A stretch of 64,000 nt of DNA, taken from a virus. Its lineage: Duplodnaviria > Caudoviricetes. Positions 28,853-39,589 of the stretch are shown piece after piece. The position numbers and the translations under genes are program-made. The notes under the pieces are model-generated. The model was not told the DNA's origin, ran no database searches, and saw only the letters and a program-made list of their open reading frames with translations. Every line of letters begins with the position of its first letter. Position 1 is the first letter of the stretch. Location: positions 1 through 64,000 of IMG/VR virus record IMGVR_UViG_3300013121_000037. The stretch is one strand, 5' to 3'.

Positions 28853-28882
28853 TTGAAATATCTGCCTGTGAGCATAGAATAA
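28853..28882 (+). promoter_or_regulatory. degenerate bipartite promoter-like motif
   Basis: TTGAAAT-N16-AGAATAA upstream of DUF932 gene. Confidence 0.5.
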
Positions 28883-28949
28883 TGCTGTGTGAGCAGTTGA
28901 GCGACTGACGCCAGCGACTGCGAAACCAACCTACGAAAGGGTAACTATC

Positions 28950-29753
28950 ATGCAACAGGCGAAATTGATGCTCCACACTGGTGCGGCCACCGTGGCGCGG
29001 GAACAACTGGCTCTGGTGCCGCTGCCCGCGAAGACCGCCTCCTACATGCCCATTCCCCACCATACGCTGCTGGAGCAGGTGGAGGGAGTGCTGCTCCAGA
29101 GCGGTTACAACGTGGTCACCCAGGCCCACGGTTTGACCCGCGACGGCAACCGCTACTTCGGCCTGCTCCAGGTCGCCAACGGTCATAACTCTGACGAATT
29201 CGGTCTGACCGTTGGCGTGAGAAACAGCCATGACAAGACGTTCCCCGCAGCCTTGTGTCTCGGAACCGCCGTGTTCGTGTGCGATAACTTGTCGTTCCAC
29301 GGCGACGTGAAACTGGCCCGCAAGCACACGGTCCACATTGAACGCGACCTGCCCGGGTTGGTACTGAAGTCCATTGGCCGCCTGGTCGATCTGCGCGGGC
29401 GGCAGGAGAAACGGTTCCTGACCTACCAGCACTCCGAGATTACCCATTGTCAGGCCAATGACCTCATCATCCGCGCCATGGATGCCCGCGTGTTGCCTGT
29501 CACCAAAATCTCGGAGGTGCTGGAAGAGTGGCGGAACCCGCGCCATCCTGAGTTCGCGCAGGGCGGGTTGACCGCCTGGCGTCTCTACAACGCCTTCACC
29601 GAGGTCGCCAAAGGCAATCTGATTGATTTGCCGCGCCGCAGTCAGGCCCTGCATGGCCTGCTCGATGCCGAACTGGGACTGATCTTCCCGCCCACGGTAG
29701 ATGTGACCGGAGACGCGGTTATCGAAACCGTGGCCCCCACCACCGCTGTCTAG
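28950..29753 (+). CDS. DUF932 domain protein
   Basis: YMPIPH...RNSHDKT...VFVCDNL...RKHT...TAWRLYNAFTE. Confidence 0.8.
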   Translation: MQQAKLMLHTGAATVAREQLALVPLPAKTASYMPIPHHTLLEQVEGVLLQSGYNVVTQAHGLTRDGNRYFGLLQVANGHNSDEFGLTVGVRNSHDKTFPAALCLGTAVFVCDNLSFHGDVKLARKHTVHIERDLPGLVLKSIGRLVDLRGRQEKRFLTYQHSEITHCQANDLIIRAMDARVLPVTKISEVLEEWRNPRHPEFAQGGLTAWRLYNAFTEVAKGNLIDLPRRSQALHGLLDAELGLIFPPTVDVTGDAVIETVAPTTAV

Positions 29754-29764
29754 GATCGCAACTC

Positions 29765-29801
29765 ATTCACCAGTGCCAACAAGTTGGTGGCACTGGTGAA
29801 T
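29765..29801. terminator. stem-loop after DUF932 gene
   Basis: 14-bp arms ATTCACCAGTGCCA/TGGCACTGGTGAAT. Confidence 0.55.
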
Positions 29802-29846
29802 ATGCTCTGAGAACCGTTTACCTTCTTTTTACCACCAGAGGAATCC

Positions 29847-30248
29847 ATGAACCATCAAACAAACGGCACGCAGCACAAAACGCAAAAGACTCTGACCCAT
29901 CCAGAGTTTTACCGCCTGTGCAACGCCCTGGCTGCCCACGAAGAGGAGTTTCTGCGTGACTGTCCACCGCTCCGAACCGTCGCTGAACTCCTCACCAAGG
30001 AACTCGGCTTTGAGGTGTCCGAACATGCCGCCAGTCAAGCCAAGGAAGCCACCGGGTTGACCTGGAAGGCAAAGGTCGGTGCCGCCGTCACCAATCCCAA
30101 AAACCGTGAACGATACCACCGCTCTACCACCAATGCCCTGGTGGAACTGTATCGCCGCCTGGGGGAACCAGTTCCCCAGTATCTGGCGCACCAGTTTGAA
30201 TCGCTCAATGGTCACCAGTTGCCCAAAGATGTGCAAGTGCAGTCCTGA
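29847..30248 (+). CDS. hypothetical protein
   Basis: 133-aa ORF with GAGG RBS. Confidence 0.6.
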   Translation: MNHQTNGTQHKTQKTLTHPEFYRLCNALAAHEEEFLRDCPPLRTVAELLTKELGFEVSEHAASQAKEATGLTWKAKVGAAVTNPKNRERYHRSTTNALVELYRRLGEPVPQYLAHQFESLNGHQLPKDVQVQS

Positions 30249-30288
30249 AAACCAGCTACAAACCGGGGTTTCGCCCACCCCGGTTTGC

Positions 30289-30318
30289 GTTAAATAATCA
30301 TCCATCGCTAACGAATAA
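30289..30318 (+). promoter_or_regulatory. bipartite promoter-like motif
   Basis: GTTAAAT-N16-CGAATAA upstream of ATG 30369, just after a terminator-like hairpin. Confidence 0.7.
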
Positions 30319-30368
30319 TAATACATCGGAGCGGTATTGGTGCCGCTCACTTCTGGGTGGAGAACAAC

Positions 30369-30945
30369 ATGGCTATCTCGATTGAGAAACAGGGGCAACG
30401 TGTCTATCTGCTGGGTGACACCTACGCGGTCAAGGATCGTATCAAGAAAATGGGTGGTCACTGGGACGGTGACCGCCGCGCCTGGTGGGTGGGTGGGTGC
30501 CAGGAAAGAAAATGAGGCAAAAGCGCTCGTGGAAAACATCACTCCAGTCGTTGGACAGGAAAACCCGGCCAGTATCCGTCTTACCGGCAAGGGTGTCTAC
30601 AAGGGCAAGACCTATTACCTGGGCAATCGGACGAAGGATGGTCAGCGGGTACGCTGTCTGACCCTGCCCAATGCCGCCGGCGAGTACCTCGACTTCTGGG
30701 CCAACGTGTCTGAAGTCGAAGTCACGAAGGAGTATCAACCGCGTGAAGTACGAGTGGGTTTCCGGGGGCGCACCGAAACACGCTACACGACACTGGGCAG
30801 CATTGCTGACTTCATCGCCAAACAGCGTGATGCTGCCCAACGTGGCGAGCAACCCTGTGCTGCCTGCGGCAAACGCGGACCACTGCATCACGACCTGGAA
30901 GATGGTTTGATGAAGTGTCTGGCTTGCTGTGACATTCCTGAGTAA
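30369..30945 (+). pseudogene. gene frameshifted by a (TGGG)3 tract
   Basis: ATG 30369 reads ...GDTYAVKDRIKKMGGHWDGDRRAWWVG then stops; removing one TGGG unit (30486-30497) joins the downstream frame to 30945. Confidence 0.65.
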
Positions 30946-30956
30946 CGAATCCATCA

Positions 30957-30989
30957 CTGGTCAAAACTAGACAGTCTAGTTTTGACCAG
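30957..30989. repeat. 33-bp palindrome, fully symmetric example
   Basis: CTGGTCAAAA-CTAGA-CAG-TCTAG-TTTTGACCAG. Confidence 0.95.
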
Positions 30990-32021
30990 CAACCCGTGAG
31001 AGAACCCATGCGTACCACCAGGATCTTTCTCGGCAGTCCCAACTACTCGCCCTGCCATCCGCAGGCCCAGTTCGTGGACGCACCGCTACCCCCAGGTTAT
31101 CGCCGCGTCTGGTCCGGTGTGGCCAAATGCGGCGACCTGTACCCCCACTGTGTGCTGCTGCACGCCGGCATCCTGCACTGGTTACCCATCAGGGAACAGG
31201 ATCTGCAGGACCGCAACACCAGTACCGTGGACGGCTACCTCTGCCTCATCCGCCCCGATGGCGAGGTGGAGGTGGAACAACCCTGCGAGCGCTGCCAGGC
31301 ATTCCGGCGCTGGCACAAGTGGCGGTTCTGTCGCAGTTGTGGCAAGCAAAATATCCGCGAAGCGAAGCAGCAGTGCAGGTGAGCAAAAGTAAACAATCTC
31401 ATTTTGACCAGCGAGGAACCCATGAGCGAACCAGTGCAAATCGCCACCGATACCCTGCCCGAAGAGCGCGGTATTTTGCTCCCCTGTCCCTGTTGCGGCG
31501 AACCGGAGGCCACCATTGACCTGACGCTGGCCACCAGGGTACTGCATTGCCAGGAGTGCGATACCGAGTTCACCACGCAGGACGTGGCCAACCTCATCGC
31601 AAAGTGGCAACCCGTGCTGGCGTGGCTCCAGCAGATGCCCGGTGCGGAGTAACCACCATGCCCACCACGAAAGTCGCTCTGGCGCAGACACTGGCCTTCC
31701 AGTGCCTGCGCCAGTATGGCCATTACCACTGCCTGCAAATCTACCTCACCGCTCGCCCCGGTGCGGATGGCAGTCTGTGCGAGGTGAGCATGAATACCAG
31801 CATCCCAGATGGACACTGGCTCATCGCCACCGTGCAGCACCGGCAACCCCTCGAACAACTCATCGCCCGCATCCACCAGGCACTGGCACACGAAAGCATT
31901 GTTACTCCCGAACAACCACTTGCCTGACAGAACCACCACCTGAAACGCAGAGCAGGTGGGCAAAAGTAGACTGTTTACTTTTGCCCACCTGCTCTGCTTC
32001 AGGCATATCCCCATTTACCTA

Positions 32022-32579
32022 TCACCCATCACGCTTCTGCACAATGGCCTCGGCCAGTTCCTGGTCCGTGGTGATGCCGTCCAGACTCACCCCGTAGTAC
32101 CGTGCTGTGTACTCCTGCCCGTGCGAGAGAATATCCCGCAGTAACTGCGCCTCATCTGGTCCCTTATCCCTGTCCTCGTCTTCCTCTTCTTCCTCTGCCG
32201 GTGCTTCCCAGGTGTCGGGATCAGGGAAACCACCCGCGGGCAGCGGAATGTCCTTGACCTGAAAATTGTCCAGGCCCAGAGCCATCGTATCCCACTCGGC
32301 GTCAATCTCGGCGTCCGTCAAGCGCTGCCCCGTCGTGGGATTGAGTTCATATCCCTGTTCGTCGTACCACTCCGCAATGCCCTGCCAGTTACCCGGCAGG
32401 ACGCGATTGGCCCAGCGCTTCGCGTTTGCGGCCAGTTGCCGCAAATTCGGTGGCAACCGCCGAAAGGCCCGGCACTTTTGCAGTACCTGGCCAGTCGGGT
32501 ATCCTGGCGGCAGATGCGACTCGAAATACGGCGTGGCGTGATAACTGTTCAGCGACCAGATGCTGTAATGTGCGCTCAT
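32022..32579 (-). CDS. acidic hypothetical protein coupled to the polyvalent protein (possible immunity)
   Basis: ATGA overlap with 32576-39463; D/E-rich. Confidence 0.5.
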   Translation of the reverse strand: MSAHYSIWSLNSYHATPYFESHLPPGYPTGQVLQKCRAFRRLPPNLRQLAANAKRWANRVLPGNWQGIAEWYDEQGYELNPTTGQRLTDAEIDAEWDTMALGLDNFQVKDIPLPAGGFPDPDTWEAPAEEEEEDEDRDKGPDEAQLLRDILSHGQEYTARYYGVSLDGITTDQELAEAIVQKRDG

Positions 32580-35500
32580 TGGATGTTGTGTCCCGTCGCG
32601 TCCTCTTCCTGCACCACCAGGATGCTGCGGTTGGGGACCACATAGTAACCCTTGCCGTAACTGTAATGCCGCGATGACTTGCCATCTACCTCAATGGCGT
32701 CATAACCAGCCAGCGCTGCCTGAATCCCCAACCATTCATCCTCATCATTGTGACCGTCGCTGTTTCTGGTGGCGTGGTTACCGTTCTTGTTAAAAGTCTT
32801 CGGGCATTTGGGAACCAGTTTCTCCAGTTCCGATTGCTTGATAACCTTAGCAGTCCTGGGCAACGCCGCCCGCACAATCTCGCCAGCACCATAACCAGCG
32901 TATTTGCTGGCCGAATTGCCACTACCTTTGGTGCTGTCAAAGTAGGTGCCATCACCAAAACAACCATACCCGGGGAAATGCTCGCCTCGCTTGAACTGCT
33001 CCACCAGTTGCGCCGCGGTCCGTTTGCCGCTCCCGTAACCCGTATCCTTCAAGCCACGCAGCATCTCGATATGCTGACCAGTTTGCACCAGTTTATCAAA
33101 ATCTGCCTTCTTCACCACCTGCGGCAGACCATTGAAACCCCGCATCTCCTGCACCACATGCAGCGTGGCACTTCCAGGCGCATCCCCGGACTGCTTCTTG
33201 CGTTCCGTGTACTGCTGCACTGCCGGTACAATTGCTTCGATGAACTTCTTCAGGGGTTCCGACCCCTTGCCCCGGGTGGTCTGCTTGACCGAAATCGGTT
33301 GCACAGTCATCAGTTGCGCCAGATCATCCGTGCGGTGCAGCATCTGCGCCGCCTTCGCTGGCGTGGTCAGAGTCACCACCTCGCTTTCTGCCGCTGGTTT
33401 GCCCGTCTTCTGGCTGATGATGTGCGGTTCGATCTTCCCTGCCCACGGCGACCCACCCACTCGCTTGCCAACATATAAACGACCGAAGCGGGCTGTGTTG
33501 CTATCCTCGAAATCCCCCAGATGGCCGGTGATCTCCACCTGCAACCCCGTCTCCTCCCAGACCTCCTTGAGAGCGTTCTGCTGCATGCTCAAGCCCGGTT
33601 CGATTGTACCACCCGGCATGGTGTACTTGCGATCTCCGTAGGCGTTGGTCGGTTGCACGATCCAGATTCGCCCATCGGGTTCCTGTATCATCACGCTCAC
33701 CCGCTCGATCTTCTTGACCGGTGCCGGTTCCCCCACATTCTTATCCGGGGTCTTCTCCCAGAATTTTGGCGCTGCCGTTGTGAACGCCACACCATTGAGA
33801 ATTCCTGGTTTCGCCTTGCCCATCTCCCAGTTGACCTCATCCTTATCCAATCCTGGTGAGGTTGCGCCAGTGGTAGACGCTTTCCCGGGTGCTGCCGCTG
33901 GCTTGGTAGGCAAACTTTTGCTGTTGGCCTGGTTGGTGTCGCGCAGAAACTTCTTCAGGTCACGAGCGGCAAACGACTTGAACCAGTAACCTGATATATT
34001 GGGACCACCCACCCACCACGATAGTTCCGCCAGTTCCTGGCCATCGAGCAACGTATCAATCACGACATCAATATCGTCCAGATCAGTGCTAGATACCACC
34101 TGACCAGACACCAGATTGCGCAGGACATCAGCATGATTCTTGCGTACATTCCAGGTGCCAATTGGTCTTGGCAATGGTTGTCCCTGTGCCGCCGGACTGC
34201 CATTACCCGTTGACGCTGGTGTCTGTGGCGATACTGCTGGTGCTGGTGCCACGCGAGGAGGTGTGACTGGTGCCGGTGTTGAAGGTGGTGGCGTTGGTGC
34301 CTGTGGTGCTGGAACCGGCGCAGGTGGTGGCGTTGGTGGCGTAACTGGTGTTGGCGTCGGTACTGCCGGTGCTGGTTGCGGTGGCGCCGCTGGTGGCTTC
34401 TGGGCGTGATGCAGTTCCAGCACATGATTCAGTTGCGACAGACGCAGACCCAGTGCCGCCTTCTTGGCCCCGGTGGCGTTGTGGTGCTCCAGGGCAATCT
34501 GGTCAAATAGATCACCCAGACGCTTTTCCACATTGGCGCCGTGATACCGCTTGAGGGCACCGTGCGAGCGCCGCGCCGTCTTCTTGTGGTCTGCCGTCAG
34601 TGGATACTGCTTGCCAAAATCCGCCAGTTTATCCTTGAGAGACCTGTTGCTTGGCGGCAACGGTTGCTTTTTCGGCTTCGGCGCTGGTTTGGGCTGCGGT
34701 GCCGCCGTTGGCTTGGGTGTGGGTGTTGCCGGTTTCGGCGTGGCACTCTTGCCAAGCCCTGGATTGGTCTTCTTGTAGACCTTTCTGCCGGTGTGGATAT
34801 TTTCCCACACTGACCCGCCGCGTGACCCCGCCCCACTTTTGCCTTTGGGCAACTTGCGCCAGTCACTGGCCGCATAGCACACCGGCAACCGGTCCTGCTG
34901 ATACGAGGACTTCACCTCATCGACCTGCCAACCATTCTCCTCATCCCAGAACAGTTCCTGCCCAGAACCATCCAACTCTTCCAAAGCCGACTCCAGCAGG
35001 TCATCTGGCACAGTCTCCCCCAGGTCGTTGAACAGTCCCGCATACCATTCGGCCAGGGCGTGGGCGTCCACCGTGGCTTCCGGTGTGGCCGGTTCCAGCC
35101 AGTCCAGCATGTGGTCGATGCTGGACAACTTGCGGCCTATCTCTACTTGCCTGGTGCCGGTCGCCTTCCGGTGCTGCCTGTCCAGTTCATCGTGCAGCAC
35201 CGCCAACCGGTGCCGGATGTCGTCGCCATGCCGCCAGCGAAACTGACCCAGCGCCCGACGGGCCGAGTTGATTTCCCGCCCATTGAGAGGATGCTGCTGC
35301 CGATGCGGTTGCAGTTTCTGGCGCAGCAACTTCGGTGATGTGAGCGTGACAGGACTGGTCCTGCTCTGCTGGTATGTGGTTGGTTTGTCCTCGGCAGCAT
35401 CACCAACCACCCACTGCTCCCCATCCCAGCGGAAGGACACCCCTGGCAGATCGGCTGCCAACTGGTTCCAGATTTCATCGGGCACGTCCTCGCCAAAAGC

Positions 35501-38500
35501 ATCCAGCAAGGTGGCATACCACTGGGCCAGGTGCGCAAAATGCGACTGTTTACTTTTGCCCACCTCGGAGGAGGTTACCTCGGGGTCAATGAGACGCAGA
35601 CCGGTGATGTCATCCAGCACAAACTTGTTGCCAGGACGATCCTTGCCATAAGTCACGGGACGATTGCCGCCTTTGGCTGAACCTGGTACGCGCATCTGCT
35701 GTTCTCCCGCCCCCGGAATGTGCTTGAGTTTCACCAGCGTGAAATGGGTCAGCGCCCCCGGACTGAACTCAAACGGTACATTCTCCTCAACCCCCAGCAC
35801 TTCATAGGCCGAATCATGATCCTGTACCAGTTCGTACTCACCGCTGTTGGTGGACAGCGACTCCACATATATACCGCGGCGCGTCTCGATCTCAAAGGCA
35901 ATACCGCGGCCACCACCAAACGACTGTATCTTTTGCGGATCGAACGAGGTGGACACAAAACCCGGCGTTTGCAAAAACATCCCTTTTCGCTGGGCCTCTT
36001 TGGCCAGGTCAAGGAAGTTTGTTAAATCCTGGCCATGCAACTCAATACCACGCCAGACCAGCACCGGTTCCGGTAACACGGGCGCCCGCCGAATCACCTC
36101 GCGCAACCGCCCAAAGTTGCGCTCCTGCTTGTCATCCAGGTCAAACCCGCGCCGCAATGACCTGTTCAGGTCCTTGAAATTGTCATCCGTGTACCACTTC
36201 ACCGCATACTGGCCCGCCTCGGGTACCTCCGCCAGATACTCCCGCATCAGGTCCGCAATTTCTTCTGGCGCATCATCCTGATGGGTGACTGCAAACGACT
36301 TCCGCAACTGCTCCCGCTGCTCCGGAGTAAAATCCGATTCCCCCATCGGCACCGGTGACGGTTCCTCCGGCAGGTCCAGTCCGGAGAAATCATCGTCCAG
36401 GTATTCGTCCTCGTCGTCCCGGTCATTGTTCTCGGCGTAAGTTTCGCCATCGGACTTGGCTTCGTGGTAATCCTGGGTCCATTCCCCATGATCATCGTAG
36501 TCGTATTCCCCCATCGACTCCCAGCGGTACAGGTCCACCGGTTCACTGTCGGGATGATCGGGATAGGGGTTGTAGGTGGCGTGTACCACAGTGACACTGT
36601 GTTCCTCACCGCCATCTTTCCAGGTGGCCACCAGGTCATCACTGCCGGTCGGTTCCACCCGATCCGGTTCAATGGTGCCATCCCAGTCCGGAGCCTGATG
36701 CTGCTCCTCGGCATACTTCACCCCCGCGTCCACCGCCTCCTCTTCCGAGGTGGTCCACTCACTCAGCGCCTCGCCATCATCATCTTCACAGCGGAACACC
36801 GGTACCGGTTCACTGTCCTCGTCGGGTTGGTACGTCCCCTTGACCAGTATCACGTCATGCTTCGTTGACTCACTGCTGCCATCTACCTCGTACCAGGACT
36901 TGATCTCCTCCGTATCGCCAATCTCCACCTCGTCCGGGTCAATGGAGCCATCCCATGCCGGTTTCGTGGCAGGCGGTGGCGCTACCGTCCTGTCTGCTGG
37001 TTGCTCTGGACTGGCAGTCCTGCCTGCCCGCGGCGACTTTGGCTGCGCTACCCGCTCCGGTCGCGCTGACCGGTCACCAGTGGGTTTCCTGGTCAACCGG
37101 GATTTCTCGGCAGGCGTGGCAGTGGCCAGCACATCGTCAGGGATGAACCACCCACCTGGAAAATGCTGGCCCCCAATATCAATGCCGCCCTTCGGCGCAT
37201 GCCGCACCTCATAATGCCGCGACTGGTCAAAATGCGACTGTCTAGTTTTGCCCACCTCCTGCCCATCCTGGGGGAAATCATCCGCCACTGGCGTGATGAC
37301 GTAGAAGTGGTCCCAGTCGTTATCCACGAAGCGGTTATAGTCCGGGTCCTCTGGTTTTTCCGGGTCAGCGTCATCCTGTTCTGGATTGGTGGCAGGACTG
37401 TCCTGGTAAAACAGGGGCAGAGCGTCCTGCTGGTAGTTGGCTCCCGTCACCCAGTTGGACAACCGCCTGAGCAGTGTACGCGGTGGCAACTGTGGAGCAG
37501 CTTCACCAGGTTGTGGAGGCACTTGCTCCATCTCAATCGTGGTGTGCCCCGTGTGGTCCGTGCTGACCTTGTGTACCTTGAACTGCGAGGTGTGATTGAG
37601 TAACAGTTCCTTTTCTGCCTCCTGGAAATGACCATGCGGCGTCACATCCAGACCATGCTTCGCCACAATCCGCAGTGTGACCAATCCCCGAAATGACACT
37701 GGAACTTCCTTTGCTGTCGAGGTGGACACATATCCTCCCATCAGCGTCGTGCCTTTGGCATGTGCCACCCCTGTCATTCCTTCAACAAATGCAGCAGCAT
37801 CTCGCTTTACCTTCTCCACTTGCTCCGGAGTCATGTTCGGTTTGATCTGGAACATGCCACGCACCACGTTGACCGGTTCACGGAACACATTCGCCTTACG
37901 AAAGGCATTCTGCAGGTGCTCGTGCGTGGCGGCGACCCGGTTGGGAATTTTTTTGCCCCGCCGCAAGGCCCGGTTCAAGGGTTGATCACCCTTGTAGGTA
38001 TAGTGCAGTACCGCTGCCGCCTCGTCCTGAGTCAGGTCGGGACGCGCCCCGTCTTCCAGTTTGGCATTGGGCGCAGCCCGCTCCAGAGGTGCCCGCATCC
38101 AGGCCCGCTGCACATGCTCCTTCATGTGCGGTTCAGCCCGCTCCCATTGCTCCTTCGAGATTACCGAACCTCCCGGGTGCTTGATACCAGCAATCTCGAT
38201 CTTGCCCTTCGGGGCATGCTGCCCTGTCTGCAATTGTGCCCGTTCCTGAGGTGTGGCTCTGGCTACCACCTCGGAAGGAACATATTCCCCACCCTTGAAA
38301 AACGTCCCCTGGATGGTGGCCCCGCCCTTCGGCGCATGTACCACCTCATAATCCAACCGCTCATACTCTCTCGGTGGCGTTAGCAAATGCTGGGCCCGCG
38401 GCACCACAGCATCCGCCAGCGTCAACGCCCGCGCCAGCGACCTCGTCTCATCCAGACTGGCCAGCACCGCCGCCTGGTACAGGTCGCTATTCCCAGCTGC

Positions 38501-39463
38501 ATTCATCCTCTGCAGTAGCGTAGCCACCAGCGAGGCCGGAACCCGGCCATACTGCAGCGGTTGCCCTGACCGCTGATACGGTGCGTGCAGGTCACGCTCC
38601 TGTAGCGACTCTTCCATGTCCTTCTGCTGCACAAAGCGGGTCGTTTCCCGGACCGCCGTCCGCACTGCCCGCAAGGTCGCCATGGGGTTGGTGACCGTGC
38701 TGTAAGCCAGATAGGCCAGACTGCCCCACGGAATCAGGTTGATCGGTAACGCCAGATTCGACAGTTTCAGGGCAGTCAGCGTCTCATCCAGGTATTCCTG
38801 CCGCTTCTCGCTGGCTACCGGTAGCAATACCGCGGCCGGGTCCTCCACAAAGGCATCGGCAGCATCCATGGCGGTGTCCAGGAACTCATCCGCCACCGCC
38901 ACAATGGCCGCGGTCTTCGCCACACTCTCCGGGCTGCCACCCTGCTCCCGGGCTACCTCCTTCACCAGTTCCAGCGCCGACTTTCTGGGTAACTCCAACA
39001 ACTCCTGCACTGCCGCCACCTGCTCTTTGAGATGATCCGGCACCTTCTGGAGTTGCTTCAGCAGGAAAAGTCCCGCCTCGGTTTCCGTCTGGCCAATCTT
39101 CTCCAGCACTTTTTGGCCCACCTGTGCCAGCGGTGCATGCCACCCTGGTTTCGCTGGTGCTGGTCGTGGTTGCGGTTTCTGCTGGATATGCTGTGCCCGC
39201 CGCTGGCCCAGTTTCCGCACCTTCGGTTGCGGCACGCCCGGTCTGGCACGACCAGTTGGTTTGACTGGTGCTGGAGTGGCTTTGGGAGTGGGTGCTGCCG
39301 TACTGCCGCCGCTGCCCTTCTTCGCGAATTGTCCCTTGTTCTTCGGCTGACCCCGCGGGTGCTGCTGGGCATCGAAGTCGTAGTGCAGAGCTTGCAGCGT
39401 GGCCAGTTCGTCCAGGGCACGTTGATAGGCCACCACATAGCGATCCGCAGGCATATCGGTCAT
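32576..39463 (-). CDS. 2295-aa polyvalent protein: two VIP2-like ADP-ribosyltransferases, NUDIX hydrolase, C-terminal ART-like domain
   Basis: ART1 YT...LNRALR...VVRG...STS...EKELL; ART2 YT...LNRSLR...VWRG...STS...EYELV; NUDIX PGGTIEPG...ALKEVWEETG; N-terminal HPRGQPKNKGQF motif. Confidence 0.8.
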   Translation of the reverse strand: MTDMPADRYVVAYQRALDELATLQALHYDFDAQQHPRGQPKNKGQFAKKGSGGSTAAPTPKATPAPVKPTGRARPGVPQPKVRKLGQRRAQHIQQKPQPRPAPAKPGWHAPLAQVGQKVLEKIGQTETEAGLFLLKQLQKVPDHLKEQVAAVQELLELPRKSALELVKEVAREQGGSPESVAKTAAIVAVADEFLDTAMDAADAFVEDPAAVLLPVASEKRQEYLDETLTALKLSNLALPINLIPWGSLAYLAYSTVTNPMATLRAVRTAVRETTRFVQQKDMEESLQERDLHAPYQRSGQPLQYGRVPASLVATLLQRMNAAGNSDLYQAAVLASLDETRSLARALTLADAVVPRAQHLLTPPREYERLDYEVVHAPKGGATIQGTFFKGGEYVPSEVVARATPQERAQLQTGQHAPKGKIEIAGIKHPGGSVISKEQWERAEPHMKEHVQRAWMRAPLERAAPNAKLEDGARPDLTQDEAAAVLHYTYKGDQPLNRALRRGKKIPNRVAATHEHLQNAFRKANVFREPVNVVRGMFQIKPNMTPEQVEKVKRDAAAFVEGMTGVAHAKGTTLMGGYVSTSTAKEVPVSFRGLVTLRIVAKHGLDVTPHGHFQEAEKELLLNHTSQFKVHKVSTDHTGHTTIEMEQVPPQPGEAAPQLPPRTLLRRLSNWVTGANYQQDALPLFYQDSPATNPEQDDADPEKPEDPDYNRFVDNDWDHFYVITPVADDFPQDGQEVGKTRQSHFDQSRHYEVRHAPKGGIDIGGQHFPGGWFIPDDVLATATPAEKSRLTRKPTGDRSARPERVAQPKSPRAGRTASPEQPADRTVAPPPATKPAWDGSIDPDEVEIGDTEEIKSWYEVDGSSESTKHDVILVKGTYQPDEDSEPVPVFRCEDDDGEALSEWTTSEEEAVDAGVKYAEEQHQAPDWDGTIEPDRVEPTGSDDLVATWKDGGEEHSVTVVHATYNPYPDHPDSEPVDLYRWESMGEYDYDDHGEWTQDYHEAKSDGETYAENNDRDDEDEYLDDDFSGLDLPEEPSPVPMGESDFTPEQREQLRKSFAVTHQDDAPEEIADLMREYLAEVPEAGQYAVKWYTDDNFKDLNRSLRRGFDLDDKQERNFGRLREVIRRAPVLPEPVLVWRGIELHGQDLTNFLDLAKEAQRKGMFLQTPGFVSTSFDPQKIQSFGGGRGIAFEIETRRGIYVESLSTNSGEYELVQDHDSAYEVLGVEENVPFEFSPGALTHFTLVKLKHIPGAGEQQMRVPGSAKGGNRPVTYGKDRPGNKFVLDDITGLRLIDPEVTSSEVGKSKQSHFAHLAQWYATLLDAFGEDVPDEIWNQLAADLPGVSFRWDGEQWVVGDAAEDKPTTYQQSRTSPVTLTSPKLLRQKLQPHRQQHPLNGREINSARRALGQFRWRHGDDIRHRLAVLHDELDRQHRKATGTRQVEIGRKLSSIDHMLDWLEPATPEATVDAHALAEWYAGLFNDLGETVPDDLLESALEELDGSGQELFWDEENGWQVDEVKSSYQQDRLPVCYAASDWRKLPKGKSGAGSRGGSVWENIHTGRKVYKKTNPGLGKSATPKPATPTPKPTAAPQPKPAPKPKKQPLPPSNRSLKDKLADFGKQYPLTADHKKTARRSHGALKRYHGANVEKRLGDLFDQIALEHHNATGAKKAALGLRLSQLNHVLELHHAQKPPAAPPQPAPAVPTPTPVTPPTPPPAPVPAPQAPTPPPSTPAPVTPPRVAPAPAVSPQTPASTGNGSPAAQGQPLPRPIGTWNVRKNHADVLRNLVSGQVVSSTDLDDIDVVIDTLLDGQELAELSWWVGGPNISGYWFKSFAARDLKKFLRDTNQANSKSLPTKPAAAPGKASTTGATSPGLDKDEVNWEMGKAKPGILNGVAFTTAAPKFWEKTPDKNVGEPAPVKKIERVSVMIQEPDGRIWIVQPTNAYGDRKYTMPGGTIEPGLSMQQNALKEVWEETGLQVEITGHLGDFEDSNTARFGRLYVGKRVGGSPWAGKIEPHIISQKTGKPAAESEVVTLTTPAKAAQMLHRTDDLAQLMTVQPISVKQTTRGKGSEPLKKFIEAIVPAVQQYTERKKQSGDAPGSATLHVVQEMRGFNGLPQVVKKADFDKLVQTGQHIEMLRGLKDTGYGSGKRTAAQLVEQFKRGEHFPGYGCFGDGTYFDSTKGSGNSASKYAGYGAGEIVRAALPRTAKVIKQSELEKLVPKCPKTFNKNGNHATRNSDGHNDEDEWLGIQAALAGYDAIEVDGKSSRHYSYGKGYYVVPNRSILVVQEEDATGHNIQ
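35531..35563. repeat. 33-bp palindrome in-frame in polyvalent protein
   Basis: Encodes VGKSKQSHFAH. Confidence 0.95.
37223..37255. repeat. 33-bp palindrome in-frame in polyvalent protein
   Basis: Encodes VGKTRQSHFDQ. Confidence 0.95.
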
Positions 39464-39589
39464 CGTCTCGTCTCCTCTGACAGATGCCTGCCAGAGTAGA
39501 CGAAAACGGAATCCAGTGAGAAATGCGGTCCGAGATGAGCACTGCGCAAAATGTAACTGTCTACTTTTGCGCAGTGCCAGTGGAATGGG

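Noticed and set aside
34230-34400. Low-complexity GGT/GCT repeats as a DNA repeat element
   Set aside because: They simply encode a Pro/Ala/Thr linker in the polyvalent protein.
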